64,000 bases of DNA from an uncultured Clostridium sp. (GCA_947427205.1 CANEHB010000005.1:5289-69288), one strand, 5' to 3'. Shown: positions 21,101 to 32,150, numbered from the stretch's first letter. The notes: generated by a model not told the origin, from the letters alone. Numbers and translations are program-made.

Positions 21101-22544
21101 TTCCCACTTCTGTTATTTTTTCTGTTATATGTGATATACCTGTTGTTTCTAAGTCAAATACGCAATACTCTGTATCTATAGGTTGATTTTTAGAATTAAA
21201 TACACATGGATCTTTATCTGGTACAAAATATGCCTCTACTCCATATAATACTTTTAAATCTGCACCTGTCTTTTCTAAATATTTATGTGCATCAGGAAAA
21301 CTTTGTACTACTCCATGATCTGTTATAGCTATGGATTTCCACCCCCAACTAACTGCTCTTTTTAATAAATCTTCACAAGGTGTTATTGCATCCATTTGAC
21401 TCATTTGAGTATGCATATGAAGTTCAACTCTTTTTTCTGTAGCATTATCAACTCTTTTCTCTCTTTTTATCCCTGTTGATTCTATAATTGTATTCGCCAT
21501 TATTTCTACTTCTTTAGAATACATACTATATTTTGCCATTCCATCAATTCTTAAGCCTTTGGCTTTTGATACTCTTGATTTTATATCTTTAAATTTTTCT
21601 TTATCTAAAAATGCTTTACAAGCTATTGTACTTGTACCATCAAAAATATTAAACATTAGAATTACTTTATCATTTTTTATATCTCTTGAATCAATAGAAT
21701 CTCCTAAAATTTCTCCATCAATGCAAACCTTCATTTCCGTTGTTTCTTCCATTGGTATATCAGCTATTTTAACTAATTCTGTTCTTAAGTTTAAACTTCT
21801 TCCATATATTAATGGTGATTCTTCATCTTTAACTTCTGGTGATTTAGTTTGATGCGCTTCAATTCTTGCCGCTAATTCTGGATTTTGTTTTCTTAATTCT
21901 TCTTTTAGTTTTTCTTCTTCTTCTTGTTTTCTTAATTTCTCCTTTTCTGCTTCAATTCTCTTTTTCTCTTTTGCTTGTTCTATTTCAATTTTAGCTTGTT
22001 TTTCAAGCTCTATTAAAGCTTCTTTTTCTTCTCTATCTCTTTGCTCAATTAATTCTTTTTCATACTCTCTTGATACATTCTCAACAAATTCTATTAAATA
22101 TTGTTTATTATAAAGATTAGATATTAAATGTTCTAAACCTTTATCAAATTTTTGGGATACTAAAAAAGCAGCACCCTTCATAAATAAGTTTACATCAATC
22201 TTTTCATCAGTTACTTTTACTTTACTATTCATTAAAATAGCTTTACTAAATGGTTCTTTTTTAGCAATATATTTTATTATATTATCCCAATTTGCCTCGA
22301 TATCCTGCTCTATTGTAACATCATCACTATAACTAATATCTATTTGGGCTTTGGTAACTTTGAACCTATTTATTAAGTAATCTTCAAAACTTTCAATATC
22401 TTGCAGACTTATTTTTTTAGAAGATACTACTTTTACTTGTAGCTTATTTGTTTTTTTATATAAATTTATATTCTCAATTTCTGCCTCTATTAAATTACTA
22501 TTTATATTATAATCATTGAAAACTTCTTTTATATATTTCTGCAT
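18116..22544 (-). CDS. polC: DNA polymerase III PolC-type, with its C-terminal ~68 codons in the +1 frame after an in-frame CGG codon (18323..18321)
   Basis: PHP domain, 3'-5' exonuclease domain (VFDLETTG, HNADFDIGF), polymerase core and the zinc motif CPNC...CPKC. ORF 18300..22544 ends ...FIMEEDRNKTTIK*. ORF 18116..18370 carries IRPPLNSIPGLGSIAAEG...NQMSLFV, the normal PolC C terminus. Confidence 0.95.
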
Positions 22545-22554
22545 AATTTCCTTC

Positions 22555-23136
22555 CTAATTCTCTATTGTTCCTACGATTTCTCCTATTTTCTCTAAAACT
22601 TCTTTTACATTTGCAACATTTTTTAATTGAAATCCATTAAATATTGTAGTTCCAGGCACAGCGCCTCTTGCATATACACATAAATCTCCAAATCCAAATC
22701 TTTTTTGTGCAAAAGTCTGAAAATATGTTATATCTGCCAAATCACTATATTTTACTACTTTTTCTGTATCAAAAAATAAAAATTTAAAAGTATAAACAAT
22801 TTTTGTTTCATAAAAAACTGCCTTACTTGCTCTAGCTAATCTTTTATCTAAAAATAGTAATAGTCCCATAACAACTACAAATATAGTTATACAAGCAACT
22901 CCTTCAAGTGGACTTGAAAAAGCAAAACATCCAATAGCTGATAATATGAAGATTAAAATTATCCAAGCATATTTTACAAGTACATAAGCTATAGAATATT
23001 TCCTTTTAATTTTTAACATTTCATTTACATCTTTTTTTAGTTCTTCTTCTTCTTTAAATTTTTTGTAGCACTTACTACAAATATCTCCCTCTTTTTTTAA
23101 TTTTGCTCCACAAATACTACATTTCATTTTCTGCAC
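22555..23136 (-). CDS. Membrane protein with an N-terminal zinc ribbon and a bPH_2 (YdbT-like) domain
   Basis: CSICGAKLKKEGDICSKCY, then two TM segments, then a membrane-flanked PH-like domain. Confidence 0.55.
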   Translation of the reverse strand: MQKMKCSICGAKLKKEGDICSKCYKKFKEEEELKKDVNEMLKIKRKYSIAYVLVKYAWIILIFILSAIGCFAFSSPLEGVACITIFVVVMGLLLFLDKRLARASKAVFYETKIVYTFKFLFFDTEKVVKYSDLADITYFQTFAQKRFGFGDLCVYARGAVPGTTIFNGFQLKNVANVKEVLEKIGEIVGTIEN

Positions 23137-23319
23137 CTTCCTTATTAAATTTTCATACGTTTGTATATCTTCTTAGAACTAACAAACAAATTAACAAATT
23201 CTAGATAATAAATTATTAAGAATTTATAGAATTTGCATAACCAAGTTCCTCTGTATAACTTATCTGTAATTCGCTCACGTTTAAACAGCTAAGAAATCTA
23301 CGTCAGCTACTTTCGGAAC

Positions 23320-24324
23320 TTAGAAAATCCTTAAAATGTCATTATAAGACACATAAAGCGAAAATAAAATTAATAGTGCAAAACCTATTGATTGTATACT
23401 TAACTCTACTTCTTCTTTTAGTGCTTTTCCTCGAATTCCCTCAATAATTAATAATACTATTCTTCCACCATCTAATGCTGGTATTGGAAGAAGGTTTGTT
23501 ACTCCAAGTGATAATGATATTAAGCTTAATAAATATACGAAATCATAAATTCCACTTGATTTAACTACTATTTCTGAAATTCCTATTGGTCCTGTCATTT
23601 GTTCTATACCTACATTTCCAGTAAACAATAATTTTAAACTTTCTCCAATAGAAAGTACAAAATAGACTGTTTCCCAAAATGCATAATATACTTTTTCACT
23701 TAAAGTTCCGTTTGCAAGCGCAACTTGAACTCCTAATATATAAGCACCTTGATATTCTGTTGGAGTAACCAAAATTTCTTTTTCTTCATTTTCTCTAATT
23801 ACTAATACTTTTATTGGTTCCCCATTTGAATTATTTAAAGCTTTTGATATATCTGATTTTATCCTTATTTTCTTTCCATCAATTTTTGTAATTTTATCTC
23901 CAATTTGTATATTAGATACATTTTCTGTAGCTTCTGGAATTATGCTAGCAACAGTAGTAGAAATATTGTATCCTGAGGTAAGTGATAATATAAAGTAAAC
24001 AATAATTGCAAAAACAATATTTACAAATGCTCCAGCTGCAACAATCGCTATCCTATGTGAAATTTTAGCATTATTAAAAGCTCCTTCGTCAAGACTTCTT
24101 TCAGTTTCACCAGTCATTTTTACATATCCACCAAAAGGAATTAGTGAAACTGCATATTCTGTTTCTTTTCCTTTTTTAGTGAATATCTTTGGTCCAAATC
24201 CAATTGAAAATTCTTCAACTTTTACTTTAAATAATCTTGCTGCTAGAAAATGTCCTCCTTCATGTATGAATACTAAAAATCCTAATAAAAAAATTATCTT
24301 TATAGCATTAATTAAAAAGCCCAA
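23320..24324 (-). CDS. rseP: RIP site-2 zinc metalloprotease (M50, RseP/RasP type)
   Basis: HEGGHFLAAR HExxH motif, a central PDZ-like segment, and the NLLPIPALDGG motif. Confidence 0.9.
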   Translation of the reverse strand: MGFLINAIKIIFLLGFLVFIHEGGHFLAARLFKVKVEEFSIGFGPKIFTKKGKETEYAVSLIPFGGYVKMTGETERSLDEGAFNNAKISHRIAIVAAGAFVNIVFAIIVYFILSLTSGYNISTTVASIIPEATENVSNIQIGDKITKIDGKKIRIKSDISKALNNSNGEPIKVLVIRENEEKEILVTPTEYQGAYILGVQVALANGTLSEKVYYAFWETVYFVLSIGESLKLLFTGNVGIEQMTGPIGISEIVVKSSGIYDFVYLLSLISLSLGVTNLLPIPALDGGRIVLLIIEGIRGKALKEEVELSIQSIGFALLILFSLYVSYNDILRIF

Positions 24325-24351
24325 AACTATTTCCTCCTAAATATTTGCATT

Positions 24352-25167
24352 TTATAATAACGTTGTTAATAAAAGGTACGCAAACGGTGCTATAAACATT
24401 ACACTATCAATTCTGTCTAACATTCCACCATGTCCTGGAAATAAATCACTAAAATCTTTTACTTCAAAATATCTTTTTATTACTGATGCTGCAAAATCTC
24501 CTATTTGACCTATTATGCTCATAATAGCACATATAATTCCTATCATTACATATGATATTTCTAAATTTACAAAATAATTTATTGCAAAAGTAAATATTAA
24601 ATTAACTATAACTGAACCTATAATCCCAGCTGTACACCCCTCTACAGTTTTATTTGGACTTACTTTACTAAATTTAATTTTTCCAAATTTATGTCCAACT
24701 AAATATGCAAATACATCTGTTCCCCATGCTGAAAACATAACATACCAAATTAAAATTTTACCGTCTATATCGCCATTTACTCCATAAATTAATGGTAAAA
24801 ACATAACAAATCCAAAAACATATAATATTCCCATTAAAGTATATGTTATGTCATTAAATGTAATTTTCATATTTGATATTATTACATGTAAAAATAATAT
24901 TAGTAATAAAAGTGGTATTCCCATAAATAAATAGGTTTTTATTATACTTGATGGTATTATATGTAATAAGCCAATACTCGCTGCTGCTAAATAACTTATC
25001 CATGAAATAACTTTTACTTTATTTGATGAACAATTTATATATTCCTTCATGGCTATTATTGCTATAATTGCTATTATAATATCAATTATATATTTATTTC
25101 CAAGTATTAAAATACACATTACTATCGGAAATCCAATTAAGCTGGTTAAAATTCTTTTTATATTCAT
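24352..25167 (-). CDS. cdsA: Phosphatidate cytidylyltransferase
   Basis: SVIKRYFEVKDFSDLFPGHGGMLDRIDS signature. I prefer the start at ATG 25167, downstream of the uppS stop. Confidence 0.9.
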   Translation of the reverse strand: MNIKRILTSLIGFPIVMCILILGNKYIIDIIIAIIAIIAMKEYINCSSNKVKVISWISYLAAASIGLLHIIPSSIIKTYLFMGIPLLLLILFLHVIISNMKITFNDITYTLMGILYVFGFVMFLPLIYGVNGDIDGKILIWYVMFSAWGTDVFAYLVGHKFGKIKFSKVSPNKTVEGCTAGIIGSVIVNLIFTFAINYFVNLEISYVMIGIICAIMSIIGQIGDFAASVIKRYFEVKDFSDLFPGHGGMLDRIDSVMFIAPFAYLLLTTLL

Positions 25168-25189
25168 ATTATCCAATCCTTTGCTTATT

Positions 25190-25900
25190 TTACTTTGTGC
25201 CACCGAAATTTCTCTTTCTTTTGCTAAATACATCTATAGAATTTTCTAAATCTTCTTCTGTGAAATCTGGCCAAAGTTTATCTATAAATAACAATTCAGA
25301 ATATACTGATTGCCATGTTAAGAAACCACTTAATCTTAATTCTCCACTTGTTCTTATAATTAAATCAGGATCTGGCACATCTTTATCATATAAATGTTCA
25401 GAGACTGTTTTTTCTGTAATTTCATTTGGATCTAATTCACCATTTTTAACTTCATTAGATATATTTTTTATAGCATTTACTAATTCATCTCTACCACCAT
25501 AATTTAATGCTATAGTTAAAACTATTCCTGTATTATTTTTAGTTCTATCAATTGTATCTTTTATTCTTTCTTGTAAGTTCTCTGTAAATTTTGATATATC
25601 TCCTATAACTCTAATTACAATATTTTCTGTATCTGCTTCTTTAGCAAAATCTTTTAAATAGTTTTCTAATAAGAACATTAAAGCATTTACTTCTTCTTCT
25701 CCTCTTTTCCAATTTTCAGTTGAAAAAGCATATACTGTTATATATTCTAAACCTATTTTATTTCCATGTCTAACTACTTTTTTTAGAGTTTCTGCTCCTT
25801 CTTTATGTCCTAGTTTTATTGGTAAATTTTTAGCTTTTGCCCATCTTCTATTTCCATCCATTATTATCCCAATATGTTTAGGCATTTTTCTTTCTTCCAT
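25190..25900 (-). CDS. uppS: Isoprenyl transferase (undecaprenyl diphosphate synthase)
   Basis: HIGIIMDGNRRWAK and YAFSTENWKR motifs. Confidence 0.95.
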   Translation of the reverse strand: MEERKMPKHIGIIMDGNRRWAKAKNLPIKLGHKEGAETLKKVVRHGNKIGLEYITVYAFSTENWKRGEEEVNALMFLLENYLKDFAKEADTENIVIRVIGDISKFTENLQERIKDTIDRTKNNTGIVLTIALNYGGRDELVNAIKNISNEVKNGELDPNEITEKTVSEHLYDKDVPDPDLIIRTSGELRLSGFLTWQSVYSELLFIDKLWPDFTEEDLENSIDVFSKRKRNFGGTK

Positions 25901-25915
25901 AATTTTCTCCTGATC

Positions 25916-26464
25916 TTAAATATTCATAATTTCTTTTTCTTTATCTTCTAATAATTTATCTATTTGAGCTATATATTTATCTGTTAATTTTTGAATTTTA
26001 TCTTCTAGACTTGCTTTTTCATCTTCTGTTATTTCAGAATTTTTACATTTTGATTTAGCTTCGTCCATTCCATCTCTTCTTATAGAACGAATACTTACTC
26101 TAGCTTCTTCAGCTATTTTTCTTATCTCTTTTGCCAAATCTTTTCTTCTTTCCTCTGTTAATTCTGGAAAATTTAATCTTATAACTTTTCCATCATTATT
26201 TGGATTTAATCCAATATCAGATGCTAAAATTGCTTTTTCTATATCTTTTAATATACTTGCATCCCATGGTTGAATAACTATTGTTCTAGCTTCTGGAACA
26301 GAAATTCCTGCTACTTGGTTTATTGGAGTTACAGCTCCATAATACTCAACACTTACTTTATTTAATATTGCTGGATTAGCTCTTCCAGCTCTTATTTCTG
26401 ATAAGTTATCTTGAAAAACTCCAATTGTCTTTTGCATTCTTCCTTCTAATTCTTCTAATTCCAT
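25916..26464 (-). CDS. frr: Ribosome recycling factor
   Basis: 182 aa with the Frr pattern RAGRANPAILNKV...TEERRKDL. Confidence 0.95.
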   Translation of the reverse strand: MELEELEGRMQKTIGVFQDNLSEIRAGRANPAILNKVSVEYYGAVTPINQVAGISVPEARTIVIQPWDASILKDIEKAILASDIGLNPNNDGKVIRLNFPELTEERRKDLAKEIRKIAEEARVSIRSIRRDGMDEAKSKCKNSEITEDEKASLEDKIQKLTDKYIAQIDKLLEDKEKEIMNI

Positions 26465-26614
26465 AATTTAAAAATCCTTTCTTTTAATAAAATAACTAAA
26501 CTAATTTTTATATTGTTATACTAAAATATATATTTCTATTTTATTTATTCTTTTATTGATAAAAATATTTTTTATCTTCTAAATAATTAAAACTTAACTA
26601 ATTTCATTATAATT

Positions 26615-27322
26615 TTATTTTACTATAGTACCTATTTTCTCACCTTTTATTGCTCTTACAATATTTTCTGGATCACTTATTGCAAAAACTAATAAAGGTA
26701 TTTGGTTATCTTTACATAAAGCTGTAGCTGTTGAATCCATTACTTTTAAATCTTGTGCTAAAACATCTTTATAAGATATCTCATCATATTTTACAGCTGA
26801 ACTATCTAATTTAGGATCTGCTGAATAAACTCCATCAATTGTTTTAGCAAGTAATATAACTTCTGAGTCTGTTTCTGCCGCCCTTAATGCTGCTGCTGTA
26901 TCTGTTGAGAAAAATGGGTGACCTGTTCCACATGAAAAAATTACTACTCTTCCTCTTTCTAAATGTTTTGCTGCTTTTCTTTTTATATAAGGTTCTGCAA
27001 TTTCTCTCATTTCTATTGCAGTTTGTAATCTTGTATATATTCCTCTAGATTCTAATGCATCTTGAAGTGCTAATCCATTCATTGCAGTTGCAAGCATTCC
27101 CATATAGTCTGCTGTTGCTCTATCATTCATTTTTTTGCCATTTTTTAAACCTCTCCAGAAGTTTCCTCCTCCTACAACAATAGATACTTGTACTCCCATT
27201 TCTACAATTTCTTTAACTTTATCACATATAGCTTCTACTACATCTGAATCTATTCCATGACCTTCTTTTCCTGATAAAGCTTCTCCACTTAATTTTAATA
27301 ACACTCTTTTATAGGCTATCAT
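26615..27322 (-). CDS. pyrH: UMP kinase
   Basis: [13 protein letters not shown]...[10 protein letters not shown] motifs. Confidence 0.95.
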   Translation of the reverse strand: MIAYKRVLLKLSGEALSGKEGHGIDSDVVEAICDKVKEIVEMGVQVSIVVGGGNFWRGLKNGKKMNDRATADYMGMLATAMNGLALQDALESRGIYTRLQTAIEMREIAEPYIKRKAAKHLERGRVVIFSCGTGHPFFSTDTAAALRAAETDSEVILLAKTIDGVYSADPKLDSSAVKYDEISYKDVLAQDLKVMDSTATALCKDNQIPLLVFAISDPENIVRAIKGEKIGTIVK

Positions 27323-27514
27323 AATAAACTCCTTTTAATTTACTTTTTAGTAAATTCATATTAATAAAAGCATTTAATTCTATTTATAATAATAGAATTT
27401 TATACTTAAGTAATTCTATCATAAAAATATTTTTTTTACACTATTTTTTTACATATTTTTTATATTTTTATAGTTCAAAAAAACATAAAACTAATATCAC
27501 TAACCTTATGTTGA

Positions 27515-27958
27515 TTATAAGTTAAATTCTTTTAATAATTGCTCTTTAAATTTTTCTGGTATTAATCTTATATTTTTTATTTCTTCTTTTGAAACTATAC
27601 AAGGAATATATTTTCCTCTATCTATATAATTTGGATCTCCTGAAAATTCTGGACCATTTCCAGTTCCAAACTCACCTGATTTATATACACAAAAAAATAA
27701 ATATTCATCTACATCATCATCTATTTTTTCATAATATAGTTTTTCTTTTACTTCAACTTCTATACCAAATTCTTCTAAAATTTCTCTTTTTACAGCATCT
27801 TCTAATGATTTATCACTATCTTCAACTCCTCCACCTGCAAAAACATAATATTCTCCATATGGTTTATTTGAGTTCTCTGTTTTTTTTACATCTAGTCTAT
27901 GCATAAGTGCATATCCACCATTCATTTCAATTACTCCTGCAACTCTAGTTCTTTTCAT
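27515..27958 (-). CDS. NUDIX hydrolase
   Basis: NUDIX box GGGVEDSDKSLEDAVKREILEEFG. Start is at ATG 27958 with a GGAGGAAAAT RBS. Confidence 0.8.
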   Translation of the reverse strand: MKRTRVAGVIEMNGGYALMHRLDVKKTENSNKPYGEYYVFAGGGVEDSDKSLEDAVKREILEEFGIEVEVKEKLYYEKIDDDVDEYLFFCVYKSGEFGTGNGPEFSGDPNYIDRGKYIPCIVSKEEIKNIRLIPEKFKEQLLKEFNL

Positions 27959-28085
27959 ATTTTCCTCCAAATATATATAATTTCTTTTATCACCTAAAAA
28001 AACATACAATTATCGAAACTTCTTAAAACTTTATATTTAAATACAAAATTAGGATATATGCTTTTCCCATATATCCCAATTCTTT

Positions 28086-28562
28086 TTATTTTTTTATTGA
28101 TAATATTTTTAGTTTTATAATTCCAACTGGAGCTTGAACTTCGACAATATTATTTCTTTTTTTACCTAATAAAGCCTGACCAATTGGTGATTCATTAGAA
28201 ATTTTATTGTTTGTTACATCTGCTTCTGTAGAACCAACTATTGTATATTCTACTGTCTCATCAAATTCCATATCTAATACTTTAACTATATTTCCAACTT
28301 GAACTACTTCAGTATCTATTTCTGATTCATCTATTATCTTAGCATATTTTACTTTTTCTTCTAATTCAGCTATTTTTATTTCATTTGCTGCTTGTGCATT
28401 TTTTGCTTCATCATATTCTGAGTTTTCAGATAAATCACCAAAACCTAATGCCACTTTTATTCTTTCTGCAATTTCATATCTTACTTCAGTTTTTAACTTT
28501 TCTAATTCTTTTTCTAAATTATCATAACCTTCTTGTGTTAATAAAAATTCTTTTTCTGCCAT
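28086..28562 (-). CDS. greA: Transcription elongation factor GreA
   Basis: 158 aa with [11 protein letters not shown] and [14 protein letters not shown]. Confidence 0.95.
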   Translation of the reverse strand: MAEKEFLLTQEGYDNLEKELEKLKTEVRYEIAERIKVALGFGDLSENSEYDEAKNAQAANEIKIAELEEKVKYAKIIDESEIDTEVVQVGNIVKVLDMEFDETVEYTIVGSTEADVTNNKISNESPIGQALLGKKRNNIVEVQAPVGIIKLKILSIKK

Positions 28563-28634
28563 ATCTTCAGCGCCCCTCTCTTAGTTTGTATTTTATACTT
28601 ACATATAATAAGATTTATTTTCGATTTTGTCAAG

Positions 28635-29558
28635 CTAATTTACCAATTTTTTTGATAAATTTACATATTCTGTCTTTCTTATTTTTCCATTTTTTCCATT
28701 TAAAAAACTTATGTTAATTCCGTCTTCTATTAATTCAGCTTTTATATTAATTGGATTAGTATTTTTATATATAAAACTCTCATATAACATCGATGTATCA
28801 AAATCTCTAAAATGCAATAAATTTTTAATGTATTTTCTTGGCATTTGAATTTCATAGGAAGATACATTTATTCCTTCAAAAGCTTTTGAATTTATTGTTA
28901 TCTCTTTTTCTAAATTTATAATACATGCTTTTTTAGGTAATACATATTTATTTATTTCCTCTTCTGAAAAATCAAAATTAAAAATAATATCACTCTTAGC
29001 TAGACTCTTTTTATAATTATTATTCATATTTAAAATTATACCTTTTTGCTCATATAATTCTTTTTCCAATTTTCTAAATTTATTTTCATTTTCTGTTATT
29101 ATATTAAGAATTCTTACTCTTCCTGAAATTTCTTTTACATTATAAACTACTATTTCACTAATATCTTTCGACAGTATTGAAACTTCTTGATATTCTATTT
29201 TATCTTTTTTACAAAGCATAATATATTCTATACATTTAGGTACAAGTTCTTTAAATAGCCACCTTCCATCAAAAACTCTTACATTTTTGTTTTTTATAAA
29301 TTCCATAAATACTGGATTATTTAAAAGTTCATTTGAAATACAAACTCTATTTATACAATTTTGTTGCATATAATCAGATAGTTTATTTAAAGTTTTATTT
29401 TCAATATCTGGAATAGTAATTAATACTTTATCTTCAAACTTGTCCTCTCTTATTTTCGCAAATTTACATTTCACTTTATCTATTAATTTTAAAAGTTTAT
29501 TTTTCTTTATACTTTTCTCGTCTTTTTCTTCTAATTTTATATATATCAAAAAAATCAC
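28635..29558 (-). CDS. Hypothetical protein
   Basis: A long ORF with coding-like composition. I recognise no motif. Confidence 0.4.
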   Translation of the reverse strand: MIFLIYIKLEEKDEKSIKKNKLLKLIDKVKCKFAKIREDKFEDKVLITIPDIENKTLNKLSDYMQQNCINRVCISNELLNNPVFMEFIKNKNVRVFDGRWLFKELVPKCIEYIMLCKKDKIEYQEVSILSKDISEIVVYNVKEISGRVRILNIITENENKFRKLEKELYEQKGIILNMNNNYKKSLAKSDIIFNFDFSEEEINKYVLPKKACIINLEKEITINSKAFEGINVSSYEIQMPRKYIKNLLHFRDFDTSMLYESFIYKNTNPINIKAELIEDGINISFLNGKNGKIRKTEYVNLSKKLVN

Positions 29559-29619
29559 CTCTATATTATATATGAGATGATTTTTATTTTATTACAAGTT
29601 TTTTGAAGTATATTTAATA

Positions 29620-30546
29620 CTACTTATCTAATTCTTTTTCTAAGGCTTCTTTTATAATTTCTTTTCTAAGCCAAATTTGATCTAATTTCATAATATTTTT
29701 ATCAAATTTATTACTAAATAGTTCTTCTAAATTTTTCTTTACTTTTTCATTTTCTGAAATTATATAACTTATCCCTTCCTCTAATGAAATTATATTCATC
29801 ATCCATTCAATATCAAATTCGTTTAACACCTTATGTACTGTATCATTATTTAATATATCTTTAGCATTCCATAAAAGTAATTGTCCAAAAACATCTGGCA
29901 GAATTCTGCCTTCTACCCCTATTTTAGTATCATTTTTGATTGATTCTTCAATATCTTCAAATATTTTTTCTTGGCATTCTTTAAAATATATTTTGGCAAA
30001 ATCTGAACCAATATTAGATATTTTTAATAATTGCTCATAAGCATAATAATCTCTTTCAGTTGTAATTTTGGCTTTTAAATTTAATGTATTATCTAAAATA
30101 GCTGCCAAAAGTAACTTTGCCATTCCAACTGATATTTGATCAAGCATATTTTCTTTTTCATAAATTTCATAAATAAAAGTAGCTATTGACCCTAAGCTTT
30201 CAATATGAGAATTCTCATTTAATTTTTGTTTCCAATACTCTTCATATCCATAATGATGATCTAATATTTCTATTATTTTATCTTCTTTTACAATATTGTC
30301 AAAAAAGTCTTTGTTAGAAACATCTAATACAATAAACTTTTCTTCTCCAGTTAATTTATAGTTTGTTTCTAATTTCTCTGGTAAATCAAATAAAGAATTA
30401 GTTACACTTTCATTAAGATTTGCAGTGCTTACAGCTATTGCATCTTTTCCTTTTAATCTTAAGAAATTAGCATATGCAATACATGAAGCATAGGCATCTA
30501 TATCAATATATCTATTTCCAGATGTTACAATTATTTTTTCATTCAT
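29620..30546 (-). CDS. DHH/DHHA2-family phosphoesterase (family II pyrophosphatase-like, divergent)
   Basis: 308 aa with N-terminal IDIDAYAS, a DHH motif ILDHHYG, and a length typical of PpaC-type enzymes. Confidence 0.6.
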   Translation of the reverse strand: MNEKIIVTSGNRYIDIDAYASCIAYANFLRLKGKDAIAVSTANLNESVTNSLFDLPEKLETNYKLTGEEKFIVLDVSNKDFFDNIVKEDKIIEILDHHYGYEEYWKQKLNENSHIESLGSIATFIYEIYEKENMLDQISVGMAKLLLAAILDNTLNLKAKITTERDYYAYEQLLKISNIGSDFAKIYFKECQEKIFEDIEESIKNDTKIGVEGRILPDVFGQLLLWNAKDILNNDTVHKVLNEFDIEWMMNIISLEEGISYIISENEKVKKNLEELFSNKFDKNIMKLDQIWLRKEIIKEALEKELDK

Positions 30547-30567
30547 ATTTTATTTTCTCCTATATTT

Positions 30568-31455
30568 TTAATTTTGTGCAAATAAAAGCATTACTACTCC
30601 AATAATTGCTAATACTATACCTAACATTATTCTTTTCCAATTCTTTTTTAAATCAATTTCTTTAAATATTAATATTCCTACCAATACTGTCCAAACTGCA
30701 TTTAATTGAACTATAGTAAATGCTATTGATCCTGGTATATATTTATAAGACAATGTTGAAAAAAATGATGCAAAAAAGTATAAGAAGCCTCCAACAATTC
30801 CTAAAACATTATCTTTACTTTTTATATTAAACAAGAATTTAACATTTTTTTCTTTGATAATAATATATGTAAATGCAGATATACATACTAATCCTGAAAA
30901 ATATACTTGTTGAGAATATATTAATCCATTATTAGTTACATATTTCTGTATTAATGCATTCGTTCCAAAAAACATTGCTGATAATATTGCATATATTATG
31001 CCTTTTTTATCTACTACTTTTTCTTGTTCATTTTTTATTGTGAATAGCATTGCAGAAATCAATATAAAAACAATCGCTAAAAGAATATAAATTACTTTTG
31101 TTTGCATAAATTCAGATAAAAATATTAATGTTAACATTGCTCCAATTGGTCCTTGTAAATTCTTCCACTGATTTGATCTTGATAATCCTATTTTATCAAT
31201 TGCTGTTAAGAAAAATATTGAGCCAACTAACCATAATATTCCACCTAATGCTGATAAAAGTAATATTGGATTTAAAAGTGTTTCCTGTGTATTTGGTATT
31301 AAAATTTTATTTATTAAATATCCTATAATTGATATGATAAAAAATCCTAATCCCATAAATAAACTATATTTTAATGGTGATTGTTTTGATATTTTTTTAG
31401 GTATTATATATGCTGTAAAAAATAATGATGATATTATTGCAAAAATATATCCCAT
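30568..31455 (-). CDS. DMT-superfamily (EamA/GRP-type) transporter
   Basis: About 10 TM segments, 295 aa, with two-fold internal symmetry. Confidence 0.6.
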   Translation of the reverse strand: MGYIFAIISSLFFTAYIIPKKISKQSPLKYSLFMGLGFFIISIIGYLINKILIPNTQETLLNPILLLSALGGILWLVGSIFFLTAIDKIGLSRSNQWKNLQGPIGAMLTLIFLSEFMQTKVIYILLAIVFILISAMLFTIKNEQEKVVDKKGIIYAILSAMFFGTNALIQKYVTNNGLIYSQQVYFSGLVCISAFTYIIIKEKNVKFLFNIKSKDNVLGIVGGFLYFFASFFSTLSYKYIPGSIAFTIVQLNAVWTVLVGILIFKEIDLKKNWKRIMLGIVLAIIGVVMLLFAQN

Positions 31456-31573
31456 ATATTATCTCCTTATTAAAATAGAAATTTAAAGTAAATGTATTTT
31501 TTTATTTCTATTTTCTTCATTTAATGCTCTTGGCATTTATTGGATTATAATAATTTTTTATAATAAAAATTAA

Positions 31574-31608
31574 TCTGCAGATGTATTTTTATGTTTTACA
31601 TTTGCAGA
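31574..31608 (-). terminator. Intrinsic terminator after tRNA-Gln
   Basis: 12-bp stem (TCTGCAAATGTA / TACATCTGCAGA, with one G-U pair) followed by TTAATTTTTATT. Confidence 0.75.
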
Positions 31609-31618
31609 CTAAAATTAT

Positions 31619-31693
31619 TGGCTCGGGTGGTTAGATTCGAACTAACGAATGTCGGAGTCAGAGTCCGATGCCTTACCACTTGGCGACACCCGA
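31619..31693 (-). tRNA. tRNA-Gln (anticodon CUG)
   Basis: Folded by hand. Acceptor stem is TCGGGTG/CACCCGA. The D arm is GCC-AAGTGGTAA-GGC. Anticodon stem is TCGGA/TCCGA with the 7-nt loop CTCTGAC. The T arm is GTTAG-TTCGAAT-CTAAC. The discriminator is G and the CCA is encoded. Confidence 0.9.
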
Positions 31694-31709
31694 ATATTAC
31701 TATTTAATT

Positions 31710-31738
31710 ATTATATATCGTATAATTATTTTTTACAA
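31710..31738 (-). promoter_or_regulatory. Sigma-A-type promoter for tRNA-Gln
   Basis: TTGTAA - 17 nt - TATAAT, ending about 16 nt upstream of the mature tRNA 5' end. Confidence 0.6.
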
Positions 31739-31859
31739 GACCTTTTTCTAGATTTCCAAATATAATAAATATAACGTTTTTATTAAATTTTTTTATTTCT
31801 ATAGACTTTTTATTTGTTTTTGTATATTATATTATTAATGTATTATTTAGGAGGGTTAT

Positions 31860-32150
31860 ATGTCTAAACTTTTAAAAATATTATTAATATTAGTATTAAT
31901 TTCATCTTTTGCTTTTATATTTTATAATGTATCTGCAACTTCTGATGAAGAAAATATCATACAAGAAGATACCTCTTCAACAAGTGCCTTATCTTCTTTA
32001 AGTTCTTCATCTATAACAAGTGTTTCTTCACTTAATAATTATTCACAAGCGAATTTAGAATTAAATAATATACTAAGTATAATCCTTATTTCAATCGGAG
32101 TATTACTTATTCTTTTTGCAATAGCAATTCTAATAAGATTAAAAAAATAA
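31860..32150 (+). CDS. Small secreted, C-terminally anchored Ser-rich protein
   Basis: AGGAGGG RBS, a signal peptide, a Ser-rich middle and a C-terminal TM segment ending RLKK. A terminator hairpin lies at 32168..32197. Confidence 0.45.
   Translation: MSKLLKILLILVLISSFAFIFYNVSATSDEENIIQEDTSSTSALSSLSSSSITSVSSLNNYSQANLELNNILSIILISIGVLLILFAIAILIRLKK

Noticed and set aside
23137-23319. The rseP-downstream intergenic region as a degenerate proS T-box or another known riboswitch class.
   Set aside because: There is no T-box sequence, and by eye I could not match preQ1, THF, c-di-GMP, Mn, fluoride or guanidine motifs. It is kept only as an unexplained shared motif.
31619-31693. The only tRNA in the window, considered as a possible decoder of CGG or of a CGGA quadruplet.
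   Set aside because: It has a normal 7-nt anticodon loop (CTCTGAC) with anticodon CUG and tRNA-Gln-like D-arm and acceptor features. It is an ordinary tRNA-Gln and does not explain the CGG sites.
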